Shown in pieces: positions 1 to 13,240 of a DNA stretch of 64,000 nucleotides. A model generated the notes under the pieces. The model was given only the letters and a program-made list of their open reading frames with translations. It was not told the DNA's origin and searched no databases. The stretch's first letter is position 1; every line of letters starts with the position of its first letter. Location of the stretch: NCBI GenBank assembly GCA_038087875.1, contig CM075988.1, positions 21,082,001 to 21,146,000 of the forward strand, given 5' to 3'. The position numbers and the translations under genes were made by a program. The DNA comes from Malacoraja senta (lineage: Eukaryota).

Positions 1-1112
1 TCATATTGAATGGCGGTGCAGGCTCGAAGGGCCGAATGGCCTACTCCTGCACCTATTTTCTATGTATCTATGTATCTATGTAGAACAGCACAGCGCAGCA
101 AACAGGCCCTTCGGCCCACAATGTCTGCACTGGATGTGACACCACGTCGCACCAATCTCCTCTGCTTGCACATCGAGCAAGAGGCTTACATAGAGTGAAA
201 GTGGAGAGGATGTTTCTACTCGTGGGAGAGTCTAGGACCGGAGGGTGCAGCCTCAGGATTGAAGGACGTACCTTTAGAATGGAGATGAGGAGGAATTTCT
301 TAAAACCAGAGGTTAGCGAATCCGTGGAATTCATTGCCACAGACGGCGGTGGAGGCAAAGCCATTGGGTACTTTTGAAGTGTAGATTGATAGGTTCATGA
401 TTAGTAAAGATGTCAAAGGTTTCGGGGAGAAGGCAGGAGAATGGGGTTGAGAGGGAAAGATAGATCAGCCATGATTGGATGGCGGAGCAGACTTGATGGG
501 CCGAATTCTTCTCCTATGTCTTATGGTGACCGATATCCTTTGCTTCAGGGCCTATCCACGTACATTCCATACTTGTATCACAAGAACTGGGTGGCCATCT
601 TGCTGCCATTTAGGGACGATAGTGCGGTACAGGGACAATGAAAATCTTGGCTGCTCATGTCATGCTGCTATCTAGTGTTGGTAAAATAGACAAGTTTTCA
701 ACCTCCTGTCACTGGGACCAAATGCCATCTAGACCAGAACCAGCCAGATAGAGGAGACAAACCGGCCTGCATTTGAGTCACTCACTTTTTCAGTTTGTCA
801 ATGAATTTCTGAGAATCAAGAACTGGAGGGCATAGATTTAAGGTGAGGGGGAAAGATTTAATAGGAATCTGTAGGGCAACATTTTCAGAAAGAGGTTGGT
901 GGGCATATGGAACGAGCTGCTGCCAGAGGAGATGGTTGAGGCAGGTACTATAACAATATTTAAAAGACATTTGGACAGGTGCATGGATAGGAAAGGTTCA
1001 GAGGAATATGGGCCAAATGCAGGCAAATGGGACTCGTGCAGATGGGGCATCTTGCTCGGCATGGGCAAGATGGGCTGAAGGGCCTGTTTCCATGCTGTAT
1101 GGCTCCATGACT

Positions 1113-1414
1113 ACCGTGGCACAAGGGTGCAGTGGTAGAGTTGCTGCCTTACAGCGCCAGAGACTCAGGTTCGATCCTGACTACGGGTGCTGTCTGTATG
1201 GAGTTTGTACGTTCTCCCGTGACCTGCGTGGGTTTTCTCCTGGTGCTCCGGCTTCCTCCCACACTCCAAAGACGTGTAGGTTAATTGGCTTGGAATAAAT
1301 GTTTAAAAAATTGTCCGTCGCGTAGGATAGCGTTAATGTGCGGGGATCGCTGGTCGGTGCGGGCTCGGTGGGCCCAAGGCCCTGTTTCCGCGCTGTATCT
1401 CTAAACTAAACTAA
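1113..1414 (+). mobile_element. HE1-type tRNA-derived V-SINE
   Basis: B-box GGTTCGATCC, V-domain (GAGTTTGTACGTTCTCCC...TTCCTCCCACACTCCAAAGAC), GGCC..GTTTCCGCGCTGTATCTC tail and (CTAAA)n end. Confidence 0.8.
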
Positions 1415-4327
1415 GACAGGTACTGGATTGCCTTGATGGCGCTATGGTTGGATAGTTGGGCATTTTCAGCTGTCAGTGAGAGCGATGTCAATGAGACGGT
1501 TTGAATTATAAAGTAGCACTGTAAGTAAATCGATAACCATGGGCTGCTGTGTGACCCTGATGAAAGGGCCCGCTAAAAGCTATTGATTGAACAACTTCAC
1601 CACCCATAAATATGCTTTGAAAGCTCTGCATGAAGCTTGCTTCAAAACGCAGGCATTGAGAGTCAACTCCAGAGTACTTAATAATCTGTACCGACAATGA
1701 AATCTTATTTGCGGCAGCTTAACAGGCCTGTAAAACTGTAGCCATAGATGACATATAATAACATTATGTGGAAAAAAAATTATGGAGAGCAAAAAGCCCA
1801 GAGTTCTTGGAGTGTAACTAAGAGAGTTCATCGTTTATGTTTAAGAAGGAACTGCAGATGCTGGTTTATGTAGAAGATAGACACAAAATGCTGGAGTAAC
1901 TCAGCGGGCCAGCCAGCATCTCTGGAGAAAAGGAATAGCCGATTCAGGACTTACCTTGACTTTCATTCATCTGGACGCGGAGGGTTGAGGTCCCGACCAC
2001 GGGGGAAAATGGAGGAGGACTGGCCAAATTGTGTGTCCTTCCACCACAGTGGATGAATGCTGTGGTGGATGATTGTGTAAATTTTTATTAGTGTTTTGTG
2101 TGTTCTTTATCATTGTACCGCTGCTGGCAAATTCATTTCACTTGCACTTTATGTGCAATGTGACGAATAAAACCGTATTGTATTGTACAACGACACAGTC
2201 AGCAAGATGAGGGGAAGGAAAAGATCTCAACTTGTTAATGTAGTTATATTTCTTCTCGTGCTGTAATATGTCTATTTCCCCCAGTCTCACTCCGAGACCG
2301 TTCCGTAGCCACGTTATCAAATATAAATGCAACCTTAGGGGGGCTTTAATGCATTTTCTACACAAGTTGTTGGTCTTCCTCTGGTTCTAGCAGGTGCTTG
2401 CTCCCTACAACAGCAATAACACCATCTGCCTGCTCCTCGGACCTGGGACCAGCGTTGGAATTCAACCAGATCTCACTCTCGTTCTGCAGGAGATGTCAGG
2501 ACGTGTGTTGCATCCGTGTTGTCTCGTGTTTCATTCCACCACTCAAAGAGTCATACATGGTTGAAACAGGCTCAACATGCCCATGCAAACCAATACGCCC
2601 CATCTAATCTAGTCTCACCTGCTTGCGTTTGGCCCATATCCCTCTAAGCCCATCATTTTAATAAGAGTATCATCATCATATCTACCATGTACCTGTTTCT
2701 TATAATGTATGAAATAGCTTTGGCCCGCATGCTCACTCAGTTTGATTTAAAGTCTTAAGCCGAATGAGAGGAGCCTTTGGCCTTGGTGTCTCAGTCAATG
2801 GTAAATGTCCAGCTTCATCTCCATCTTATTTCCATGACCGAATCCGACACAGGGCCTTCGGACCACAGGGTCTAGATCTCGTGCCCAACGGAGCACGTTG
2901 CAGGGAGTGGAGTCCAACTAAATGTTAGAAATAAATCCAAACTGTATCTGGTTGTTTTCCTAGATTCAGTTCCACAAATTCAACACCCTGTAATTAAATA
3001 AATTCCTCCTCATCTCCTTTCTGAAGGCATATCCCTCCAGCGGATGTGGCCCGCCTGGTCCCAGACAGTGGGCGGTACGGGAAAAGCTCAAGTTGTTTGT
3101 TGCTGTTTATTTGGTGAAAGTCTTGAAGCAAGCCTCGAGTTGCTCAGTCAGTCAGTCACCTGCTTGTTCTTGGTGACACTGGGCAACTGGTGGAGTGTCC
3201 ATATCTGGAGATATGAACATCAATCCTGAGATCTGTGCAGTCTTCGTGGAAACCTTTTCATCAGCGTAACCTTTACCTTCAGCAAGTGCACGGTTTCTAA
3301 GTGTCTGCATGAGAAGTGACCTACATGGAATGGAAAGATCTCATTGATCTCATGCTGGGCAGGTACGCAGTGATGCTCCATTGCTTTGCTTATGAGACCA
3401 GCAGCTGTTTTCATCTTTGTCAATGACTTTTTAAAAGACTTTAGTACAGATGCAAGGATGTGACGACTTTAGAGAGATATGGGTCATATGGCAGCAATGA
3501 CTTTTAGACAGTAGACTTTAGAGATACAGTGTGGAAACAGGCTGTTCGGCCCACCCACTAACACTATCCTACACACTGGGGACAATTTACAATTTTACCG
3601 GAGCTTACAAGCCTACAAACCTGCACGTCTTTGGAGTGTGGTAGGAAACCGGAGCACCCGGGGAAAACTCACGCGGTCACAGGGGAGAACGTGCAAACTC
3701 CGTACAGACAGCACCCGTAGTCAGGATCGAATTCGGGTCTCTGGCGCTGTGAGGCAGCAACTCTACCGCTGTGCCACCCTTTGTGGTTACAAAGATTTTG
3801 TACGTGGCAGCAACTGTTTACGGATCACATCATTGAAGCCTGACAGAACTGAATGATTGCCTTGTTCGAATGGAAGAAGCACGATGTTCGAGCGGGTGAT
3901 GAAATCACAACGCAGACAGCAATAATTTGTCTCTCCGTGTCCATTTGGTTTAGGAAGTTATTCAACATTTTGAGCAAATAACAATGGGGGGATGTGTGCG
4001 CTTACCGTGACATTTCCAAGTGTAGCATTTATTGAACAAAAGATAGACACAACGATGTACAGCTTTGTAGGTTAATTGGCTTGGTATAAATGTCAATGTA
4101 AAATTGTCCCTCGTGTGTGTCGGGTAGTGTTAATGTGTGGGGATCGCTGGTCGGTACGGACTCGTTGGGCTGAAGGGCCTGTTTCTGCACTGTATCTCAA
4201 GACTAAACCAAACTAAATTGTCCCTCGTGAAGGTTAGAACTAGTGAACGAACAGGTGGTCGCCGGTCAGCACGGACCCGGCGGGCCGAAGGGCCTGTTTC
4301 CGCGCTGTATCTAAACTAAAACTAAAC

Positions 4328-4662
4328 AAAAAGCTGGAGTAACTCAGCGGGTCAGACAGCATCTCCGGAGAAAAGGAATAGGTGACGTTTCGGGTCGAGA
4401 CCCTTCTTCAGACTGAGAGTCGGGGGGAAAGGGAAAGGAGAGATATGGACGGTGATGTAGGGAGATACAGGACAAATGAGTGAAAGATGTAGCAATAATA
4501 AAGGAAGCGGTCCTTTGTGGGCTAGGTGAAAAGGAGTTACAGACAATGAAACTGACCAGGACGACAGAGACAAGGACTAGCTTGGGGGAGGGATGGAGAG
4601 AGAAGGGATGCAAGGGTTACCTGCAGGTAGAGAAATCAATATTCATACCGCTGGGTTGTAAG
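4328..4662 (-). mobile_element. Penelope-like 3' fragment with intact hammerhead-like motif (4384-4411, minus)
   Basis: Minus strand reads LQPSGMNIDFSTCR*, then UTR, then CTGAAGAAGGGTCTCGACCCGAAACGTC and the shared tail. Confidence 0.75.
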
Positions 4663-5043
4663 ATGCATTCCTCACAAATGAAAAGTTTACAGGTCGAATG
4701 ACAGGAACTGCAGTAAACACGGATTTGGACGTTGCTTCAGTGAGATTTTTCTTGGCGAAGTACAACATTTCTTGTCAGCTGTCATTTGTCATGTCCAGGC
4801 ACTGCCACTTCTCACCCTCAAACACTGCTTTTAACATTGAAACTTCTGGACATTAACGGGCTCCTAAAATAGCATTTTGAATCTTTCTTGAAGCACATTT
4901 AGAAAGACTGGAGACTCCCTCCCGCAACTGTCCACTTGAAATCCTCCAGTGCTCCCGCTGAGTGTACAATAGATGACGAACATCAATGTCCAAAATTCTC
5001 GGGAGATAAATTCATCTTTAGAGACACAGCATGGAAACAGGCC

Positions 5044-5203
5044 CGTGTAGGGAACAACTGCCGATGCTGGCTTAAATCGAAGGTAGACACAAAATGCTTC
5101 AGGGACTGAAGAAGGGTCTCGACCCGAAACATCACCCATTCCTTCTCTCCAGAGATGCTGCCTGTCCCGCTGAGTTACTCCAGCATTTTTGTATCTACCT
5201 TCG
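5044..5203. mobile_element. Penelope-derived partial fold-back inserted in a HE1 SINE tail, 13-bp TSD
   Basis: TSD ATGGAAACAGGCC at 5031-5043 and 5204-5216. Variant motif at 5106-5133. Confidence 0.75.
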
Positions 5204-5567
5204 ATGGAAACAGGCCTTACGGCCCATCGAGTCCATGCTGACCCGTCAATCACCCATTCACATTAGTTCTGTTATCCCACTTTCTCATCCACTCTCTGCA
5301 CATGAGGGCCGATTTAATGAGGCCAATTAACCTGCAAACCCCACACATCTTTGGGATGTGGGAGGAAATTGGAGCACTCTGAAGAAACCATGTGGTCGCG
5401 GTGGGGGTGGGGGGGGGGGGTAGGTACAAGAACCAGCCTACCCCCCACCCCCACAGGATTGAACCTGGGTCTCTGGCGCTGTGAGGCAGCAACTCCACCG
5501 CCACGCCAACTTGATGCTCCAATGCGCACGCATATTCTCCACGTTGGAGCCCCAACGTGGTCTAGAC

Positions 5568-6275
5568 CAGGGATGGGGAACCTTTTCATGTTGGAATGCC
5601 GCATTAAGTTAGCTGTAATCTAATAAGGCCGCATCCAAGAAACTTCAATTAGATATACTTCAAAATGTACATTATTTTGTTAAAATAGCCCTCATGACTT
5701 ACTAATGTTTTAATTGTGGCCGTCAGTCGGGGAGGATTATTTCGTTGAATCTTCTTTTACTCTTTGGTATTTTAAATACGTTCATTTTAAGATTAAAATA
5801 AAAAATAATAAAAGACGAACAAAAACATATTAATAAAAATAAAAGGATTTGTTCTACAAAATTTGGATTCATTCAAAGGCCGCACTTAATGGCCTGGAAG
5901 GCTGCACGCGGCCTTAATAGCCCTGTCCCACGGTGCGAGTTCATTCCAAGAGCTCTCCCGAGTTTAAAAAATAATCAAACTCGGGGTAAGCATGGAGAAT
6001 GAACGTAGCGGGTACGTTGGAGCTCGGGGACGTCTCTTAGCGGCTCGTAACGCTAACGGCAGGTACTCGGGAAGACTCGCTAACGGCAGGTAAGCACGGG
6101 AAGACTCGTGAAGATTTTTTAACATGTTGAAAAATGTCCACGAGAGCCCCGAGTACCGACGAGTGGCCATTACCGTAAATCTCCGAATCTTCGAATCAGG
6201 GCAAACTCGGGAGAGCTCTTGGAATGAACTGGTACCGTGGGACAGGGCTTTAAGGCTGCAGGTTCCCCACCCCTG
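5568..6275. mobile_element. hAT (Charlie-like) MITE
   Basis: TIRs CAGGGATGGGGAACC / GGTTCCCCACCCCTG. 8-bp TSD GTCTAGAC (5560-5567) / GTCAAGAC (6276-6283) fits the NTCTAGAN target. Confidence 0.85.
5918..6250. mobile_element. PIF/Harbinger-type MITE nested in the hAT MITE
   Basis: 47-bp TIRs AGCCCTGTCCCACGGT.C.AGTTCATTCCAAGAGCTCTCCCGAGTTT with 2 mismatches. TAA TSD at 5915-17 and 6251-53; removing it restores GCCTTAAGGC. Confidence 0.8.
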
Positions 6276-6824
6276 GTCAAGACCTTAGAGCTCCCACCTG
6301 GTCTCACACCAGCACTATGCAGTATAAACAGTAGATGGACGCGAGAGAGAAAGCATTTCCGTGTCCGACTTACGCAACATCAGACTTACACAAAGGTCTC
6401 GCGTAAGTCGTGGGGGGGGGGGGGGGGGCGTCTCGTATTCTGTGTGTTGTCAACCGCTGTTGTCCAGGAGCAACGGGCTGTGAATCCATCAGACTGGGAC
6501 GCAGTGACACCAGTGGCAACTCGGGTGCTGAGTGCAAGGGTAAAGGAGTCAAGTTTCACGTGACAGGGGCCAAACGAGGGCAGCACTTGTGGATGCGAGG
6601 TGAAGATAGCATCTTTTCCCAACCCCTGAAACCTCCTGTAGATCAATAATCAGCCGACAATCACCGTCAAATGAAATTGTACTCCAGGAAATAGTTCACA
6701 GGTTGAGAAGAACCTGGGCAAGAACGTTGGCAAAGAACAAAAACTAAAAAGCAAATAATCCTCGTGTTTATAACCTCAGCTGTACGCGCAGGTGATGAAT
6801 TATCCAATTAATCTATTACTGCAG

Positions 6825-7108
6825 TAGAGATACAGCGCGGAAACAGACCCTTCAGCCCATCTAGTCCACATCGACCAGTGATCCCTGCACAAGGGCATTA
6901 TCCTACACACTAGGGACAATTTACCAAAGTCAATTAAACTGTAAACTTGTACGCCTTTGGAGTGTGGGAGGAAACCGGAGATCTCAGAGAAAATCCACGC
7001 GGTCACGGGGGGAACGTACAAACTCCGTACAGACAGCACCCATTGTCAGGATTGAACCCGGGTCTCTGGCGATGTAAGGCAGCAACTCTACCGCTGCGCC
7101 ACCGTGCC
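6825..7108 (-). mobile_element. HE1-type V-SINE, minus strand (others on minus at ~3515-3780, 12075-12335, 14505-14793, 23420-23720, 33035-33318, 34395-34706, 38612-38910, 41083-41366, 46545-46750, 49635-49915, 50330-50575, 60135-60455; on plus at ~16748-17053, 31545-31838, 36565-36856, 44107-44712, 62968-63298)
   Basis: Reverse-complement of the head, ...GGCAGCAACTCTACCGCTGCGCCACCGTGCC, plus V-domain. Confidence 0.82.
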
Positions 7109-7201
7109 CCCCCCCCCCCTCCCAATAATCCAGCAACCGTGGGACTTTGATGGTGGCAGGGCGGTTGATATTCTGTGCTGTTATTCGTTGAGCATAGAAC
7201 A

Positions 7202-7540
7202 TAATGATAATAATAATGGATGGGATTTATATAGCGCCTTTCTAATACTCAAGGCGCTTTACATCGCATTAATCATTCACTCCTCAGTCACACTCGGTGG
7301 TGGTGAGCTACTTCTGTAGCCACAGCTGCCCTGGGGCAGACTGACGGAAGCGTGGCTGCTAATCTTCGCCTACGGCCCCTCCGACCACCACCAATCACTC
7401 ACACACATTCACACGCAGGCAAAGGTGGGTGAAGTGTCTTGCCCAAGGACACAACGACAGTATGCACTCCAAGCGGGATTTGAACCGGCTACCTTCCGGT
7501 TGCCAGCCGAACACTTAGCCCATTGCGCCATCTGTCGTCA
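7202..7540 (-). mobile_element. tRNA-derived CORE-type SINE with L2-like tail (distinct from HE1), 9-bp TSD
   Basis: On minus: A-box TGGCGCAATGG, B-box GGTTCAAATCC, CORE motif CCTTGGGCAAGACACTTCACC and tail GTAAAGCGCCTTGAG..AAAGGCGCTATATAAAT..(ATT)n. TSD CATAGAACA at 7193-7201 and 7541-7549. Confidence 0.75.
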
Positions 7541-7861
7541 CATAGAACAGCACGATACCGGAACAGGCCCTCTAGTCATGAAGTTCTTGTCTAACGTGAC
7601 GTCGACTTAAACTAATCCCCTCTGCCTGCATGTGATCCATATCTACCCATTCCTTGCATTTCCTCCTATCTGTCCATCCATTGCATCTGCCTCCACCCCC
7701 ATCCCTGGCAGCGAGAATCAGGCACTCACCACCCTCTGTGTAAAATATAACTTGCCCGCACATCTCCTTTAAACCTTGCCCCTCTCACCTTAAAGAAAGA
7801 GGAAGGGGCAGGACAAAACCTCTATTCCCTGCACTGCTGAAAGCCTCTTTATTGGTGACAG

Positions 7862-8108
7862 ACACAATAGGGTGGACAAAAATGCTGGAGAAACTCAGCG
7901 GGTGAGGCAGCATCTATGGAGCAAAGGAATAGGTGGCGTTTCGGGTCGAGACCCTTCTTCAGTCCCACAACCCACAATTCTGAAGAAGGGTCTCGACCCG
8001 AAACGTCACCTATTCCTTCGCTCCATAGATGCTGCCTCACCCGCTGAGCTTCTCCAGCACTTTTCTCCACCTTCGATTGTTCCAACATCTGCAGTACCTT
8101 CTTAAACA
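7862..8108. mobile_element. Fold-back (inverted pLTR) Penelope-derived element; intact hammerhead-like motif on + at 7980-8007
   Basis: Arms of ~90 bp are reverse complements (…GGTGAGGCAGCATCTATGGAGC… / …GCTCCATAGATGCTGCCTCACC…) around a short spacer. Confidence 0.8.
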
Positions 8109-10408
8109 TTCCTGTTTTCATGCAACTTAATCTGGTTTATTGTATTTTGCCTTGAAGCATCGCGTAAAAATGAAAATCAATGTTGAAATATGCTGCTGAA
8201 GTAAATGAGTAATCCCTCAATCTGTACGTCAATTCCGATTATCGATTTTTGCAAAGAAAAACAACCTTAAATTTGCCACAAGTAAGATGACTTTAGACTT
8301 CAGCTCTCAGCCAATTAATCGACAAACCTGCGCGTCTTTGCAGTGCGGGAGGAAACCGGAGCATCTGGAGAAAACCCACGTGGTTACAGGGAGAACGTGC
8401 AAACTCCGTACAGTCAGCATCCGTAGTCGGGATCGAACCCAGAGTCTCTGGCTCTATGAGGCAGCAACTCTACCACTGCGCCACCGTGCAGCCCAAAAAA
8501 CATCTCCATTCAACTAATGTAGTTCACTTTCAGGTTGGTCAGAGGTCATAAGTGATAGGAGTAGAATTAGGCCATTCGGCCCATTGAGTCTACTCCGCCA
8601 TTCAATCGTGGCTGATCTAACCCCATTCTCCTGCCTTCTCCCCATAACCTCTGACACCCGTACTAATCAAGAAATCTTCAGTCTGAAGAAGGGTTTTGGA
8701 CCGAAACGTTGCCTATTTCCTTCGCTCCATAGATGCTGCTGCACCCGCTGAGTTTCTCCAGCACTTTTGTCTACCTTCGATTTTCCAGCATCTGCAGTTC
8801 CTTCTTAAACACAAGAATCTATCCATCTCTGCCTTAAAAATATCCACTGACTTGGCCTCCACATCCTTCTGTGGCAAAGAATTCCACGGATTCACCACCC
8901 TTTGACTAAAGACAATCCTCCTCGTCCCCTTCCTAAAAGACGATCATGGTGCAGAGATGGGCATGTACACTACTCTCTTGCACGGGTCAATTCTGCGGTC
9001 AAACCCACGCCCCTCTGCAAAGTTTGCTCTCAGCCGGCATCTTGGTGACTTTATTTTTTCAATCAACAACTCATTAGATTCAAATGTTGCTCATGCTTTG
9101 AAAATATTTTACTCATGACATGTTTGGAAAAAACAAATTAATGTGACTTACAGATCATAAACTACTTAATGCTCATGCTTAAAAATAAAATGTGATTGTT
9201 ATTCATTGAGTTATAGCTCTGTGCTTGGCTGGAGCGGATTATGAAGTAAGTAGATTGTGGGGACCTATGACAGAAGACTACGAAAATATGGGAATTATTC
9301 AGGCTTGTGCAGTTGAGTGATATCAGTGTTTTGCATATGATTACCTGCCGGGGAATAGAATAATCTGCAGCAACTGCAGCTTTGCGGTCCTTTAGGATAC
9401 ATGCGTGTGAGTTTTGGAATCTGTTATTAGCTTATACTGCAGTTTGTGCGTGGGAAGGAACTGCAGATGCAGGTTTGCACCGAAGATGGACACAAAATAC
9501 TGGAGTAACTCAGTGGGACAGGCAGCCTCACTGGAGAGAAGGAATAGGCGATGTTCTGAAGAAGGGTCTCGACCTCAGTCAGTTCTAAAATTTCGATAGT
9601 TTCCATAGTTTCGATATTCTGTCTTGTCTTTCAAACTAATGTACAGTTTTAGTTCATTAATTCAAGGCAAGCGTTAGAGGTGACTTCTGTGCTTTTCGCG
9701 AAACACAAAGTGCTGGAGTTACTCGGCGGGTCAGGCAGCATCTGTGGAGGGAATGGAGGCGTTTCTGGTCAGGGCAACTTCTTCAGGCTGATCCAGGTAC
9801 ACATTTCAAGCCAGCATCGCTCGGTCAGGCTACCTGGCCCTTAACATGGAAGAACCGGGCAGGTTGGACCAGGACCAAAGATAGATGTTTCGGGTCGAGA
9901 CCCTCAGTCAGACTGAGATTCAGCGAGGGGGAAACTAGAGGCGTGGGAAGGTACAGAACAAAGCAGAGCCCGTATCGGATCACTCGGGGAAACGGTGGAG
10001 CCCACAATGGTCCATTGTTGGCTGGGGACGAGGTGATTACAAACAGTGAAGTTAGCAGGAGGATTAGGATGGGGGAGGAATGGAGAGAGAGAGATGGAGA
10101 GAGAGAGAGAGAGAGTCACCCTTGCATTCCCCTCTCTCTCAGTCCCTCCCCCACCCAAGAGGTACAGAAGTGTGAAAATGCACAACTCCAGTCAGGGACA
10201 GTTCTTCCCAGCAACTGAATCATCATTCCACCAACTAGAGAGCGGTCCTGACCTCCCATCTACCTCAGGGGTCACCCTCGGACTATCTTTAATCGGACAT
10301 TACGGGACTTTAACCTTGCGCTGAACGTTGTAACCTTTATCATTATTCTGTTGACATTTCGATTGTATCATATATATTCTTTCCGATGACGATAGCACGC
10401 GACAAAAA

Positions 10409-10708
10409 GGCGGCACGGTGGCGCAGCGGTAGAGTTGCTGCCTCATTGCACTAGAGACCCGGGTTCGATCCCGACTACGGGCGCCGTCTGTACGGAGTTT
10501 CTACGTCTCCCCGTGACCTGCGTGGGTTTTCTCCGGGATCTCCGGTTTCCTCCCACACTCCAAAGACGTGCAGATTTGTAGGGTTAATTGGCTTGGCAAC
10601 TTGGTAAATTGTCCCTAGCGTGTGTCGGATATGTTAGCGTGCGGGGATCGCTGGTCGTCGCGGAATCGAAGGGCCCGTTTCCGCGCTGCATCTCTAAACC
10701 AAACTAAA
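10409..10708 (+). mobile_element. HE1-type V-SINE, near full length
   Basis: GGCGGCACGGTGGCGCAGCGGTAGAG A-box head, B-box, V-domain and (CTAAA)n tail. Confidence 0.85.
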
Positions 10709-10849
10709 CGATATTACACAAAATGCTGGAGTAACTCAGGGCAACAGGCGACTAAACTAAACTAAACTAAAGAAAGAACATTTCTCCGTACCTCAGTACA
10801 CGTGAGAATTAACTAAACCGAGAAATAAAATTTTATAAAACAAAATGTC

Positions 10850-10911
10850 AGGGGGGGGGGGGGAGGTGGCGGGGGGTGGGGAGGGGGGTGGCGGGGGGTG
10901 TGAGGGGGGGG
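10850..10911 (+). repeat. G-rich low-complexity tract (G-quadruplex-capable)
   Basis: At least six runs of 4 or more G separated by 1-8 nt. Confidence 0.75.
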
Positions 10912-12480
10912 TACAAGAAGGCAAAGTTGGAGGGGCAAGACTGAATAGATCTGTGAGTCTGCCCTGCTGGATCTTGGTCAATTCCTGTGAGCCCAGCAGC
11001 TTTTTTTCCCCCTCCAAACATTCTTAATGAAAACATCACCCAGGAAATAAATTCTTTGGGATTATTTTGAAGAACTTTGTGACCCTTCAGCAATTTATAT
11101 TCCTGTCAGTCTGACAGGCTTTGTAATAGTGTGTAAGATCAGGTATCCTTTGGGAAACGCTGCATTTCAATTTTCAATTTCTACTAACCTGATTATCTGC
11201 AGCTAACACCTGAACATTATCTTGCCCGGCATTAATTAGTTTTTTTAATTTTTCAACAACGTTTGTCATTTAAGGTGGTTTTGATTATTGACTCCAATTC
11301 CGGGTTGGATTCTGATGGATACTACCCACGGAGCTACCCACGGAGCGAAGTTTAGCAAATGGAGTCCAGTAACTAGAGAGAGAGGAGAGTGATCAGCATT
11401 ATCTATTATCAGCATTGATTTCATGTTCGGCTGCAAACGTTCCATGAAGAAGGCAATGAGTAATTAGTGCACATGGTGATATCAAAGTCCGCTCTCATTT
11501 AAAACAAAAGTCCTTTCGCTCTTTTACTTCCTCTCAAAGTATATGTTTTTTTGTTTCAGTCTGAGGTCAAAGTTTGCTCCCTGCCACAACTTGGTAAAGG
11601 TGACACACTTATTAATTCAGCTTTATGAATTAGTCATAGAGTCTTACAGTGTGGAAACAGGCCCATCGGCCCAACTTCCCTGCACCGGCCAATATGCACC
11701 ATCTACACTAGTCCCACTTTGCCTGCCTTTGGCCTATATCCTGCAGACCTGTCCTATCCATGTACATGTCTGAATGTTTCTTAAACATCATGATAGTACC
11801 TGCCTCAACTGCCTCCTCCGGCAGCTCGTTCCATACACCCACCACCCTTTGCGTGGAAAATTTACCCCTCGGATTCCTATTAATTTGTCCCGTCTACACC
11901 TCCAACCAATATATCCCCTGGTTCTCGATTCCCCTTCTCTGGGTAAAAAACTCTGCGTCTACTCGATCTATTCTTCTCACGATTTTGTACACCTCTATAA
12001 GATCAGCCCTCATCCTCCTGCACTCCTAGGAACAGAGTCCTAAACTGCCCAACCTCTCCCTATAACTGGGCTCACCGAGTCCATGCCGATCAGCGATCAC
12101 CCCCGTACACTAACCCTGTGGACAATTCACAATTTTCTTTACCAAAGCCAATAAACCTACAAACCTGTGCATCTTTTGGAATGTGGGAGGAAACCGGAGC
12201 ACCCGGGGAAAAGCCCACGCGGTCAGAGGAGGGAGAACGTGCAAACTCCGCACCGACAGCATCCGTGGACAGGATCGAACTCGGGTCTCTGGCGCTGCAA
12301 GGAAGCAACTCTAGCGCTGCGCCACCGTGCCACCCTGGGCAGAGTGTCCACAGCAAAAGACATGATTGATGCAACACTCATGGAGTGGTCTTTGCAGATA
12401 CAGTCGACTGGAGCGTTGCAAGAGAGGCAGATGCATTCCCTAGAGCAGGAATATTGCTTCCATTAATGTCCCCTGTACCC

Positions 12481-12635
12481 ACAGCCCTATATATTTCCAC
12501 TTGGGCAGCTTACAACCCAGCGGTATGAAAATTGCTTTCTCTAACTTGAAGTAACCCTTGCTTTCCCTCTCTCTCTCTCTCTCCATCCCTCCCCCATCCT
12601 TGTTCTCCGACTAGTTCATCTGACCTCCTGATTAA
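12481..12635 (+). mobile_element. Penelope-like ORF end fragment, interrupted by a Rex1/Babar-like LINE; its pLTR resumes ~13255-13500
   Basis: IFHLGSLQPSGMKIAFSNLK* followed by CT-rich UTR. The pLTR with a degenerate ribozyme motif is at 13390-13417. Confidence 0.65.
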
Positions 12636-12637
12636 AT

Positions 12638-13240
12638 ATCAATCAATCAATCAATAACTTTATTGTCATTCAAAAATACACCAACAAATGCAAGTCTGAA
12701 CGAAATGTTGTTGCATCTGGCTCACCGTGCAACATAATATAACAAAAGGAGAAAATAGATCAAAAGATAAAATAGATGAAAAGATAAAATGGATACTAGT
12801 GGCAGCACATAATATGGAATTCAAGAGTCCGATGGCTCGGGGGAAGAAGCTGTTGCAAAACCTGGCCGTTCTGCTCCTTATACTGCGTTACCTTTTGCCC
12901 GAGGGCAGCAGAGTGAACAGTCCATGATGGAGATGTGTGGGGTCCTTTATAATGCTGTTGGCCTTGGACAAGCAACGTTTGCACGCAATGTCCCCGATTG
13001 AAGGAAGAGAAGCCCCGATGATTTTTTCAGCCGTCCTCACCACTCTCTGCACGGACTTCCAGTCGGAGGCTTTGCAGTCCCCAAACCAGACAGAGATGCA
13101 GCTGGTCCAAACGCTCTCTCCATGGTGCCCCTGTAGAAAGTGGTGAGGACGGGATGGGGGAGGTGAGCTCTTCTCATCCGGCGCAGAAAGTGCAAACGCT
13201 GCTGCGCTCTCTTAACTAGTGAAGCGATGTTTTGTGACCG
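12638..13240 (-). mobile_element. Rex1/Babar-like LINE 3' fragment
   Basis: Minus strand reads SLVKRAQQRLHFLRRMRRAHLPHPVLTTFYRGT../CISVWFG..QRVVRTAEKIIG..LP..KDPTH..HGLFTLLPSGKR..SFFPRAI.LLNS. Tail is AATAAAG followed by (ATTG)n. Confidence 0.8.

Noticed and set aside
10409..10480. tRNA-like sequences with A/B boxes
   Set aside because: SINE heads followed by V-domain and LINE-like tail, not tRNA genes.
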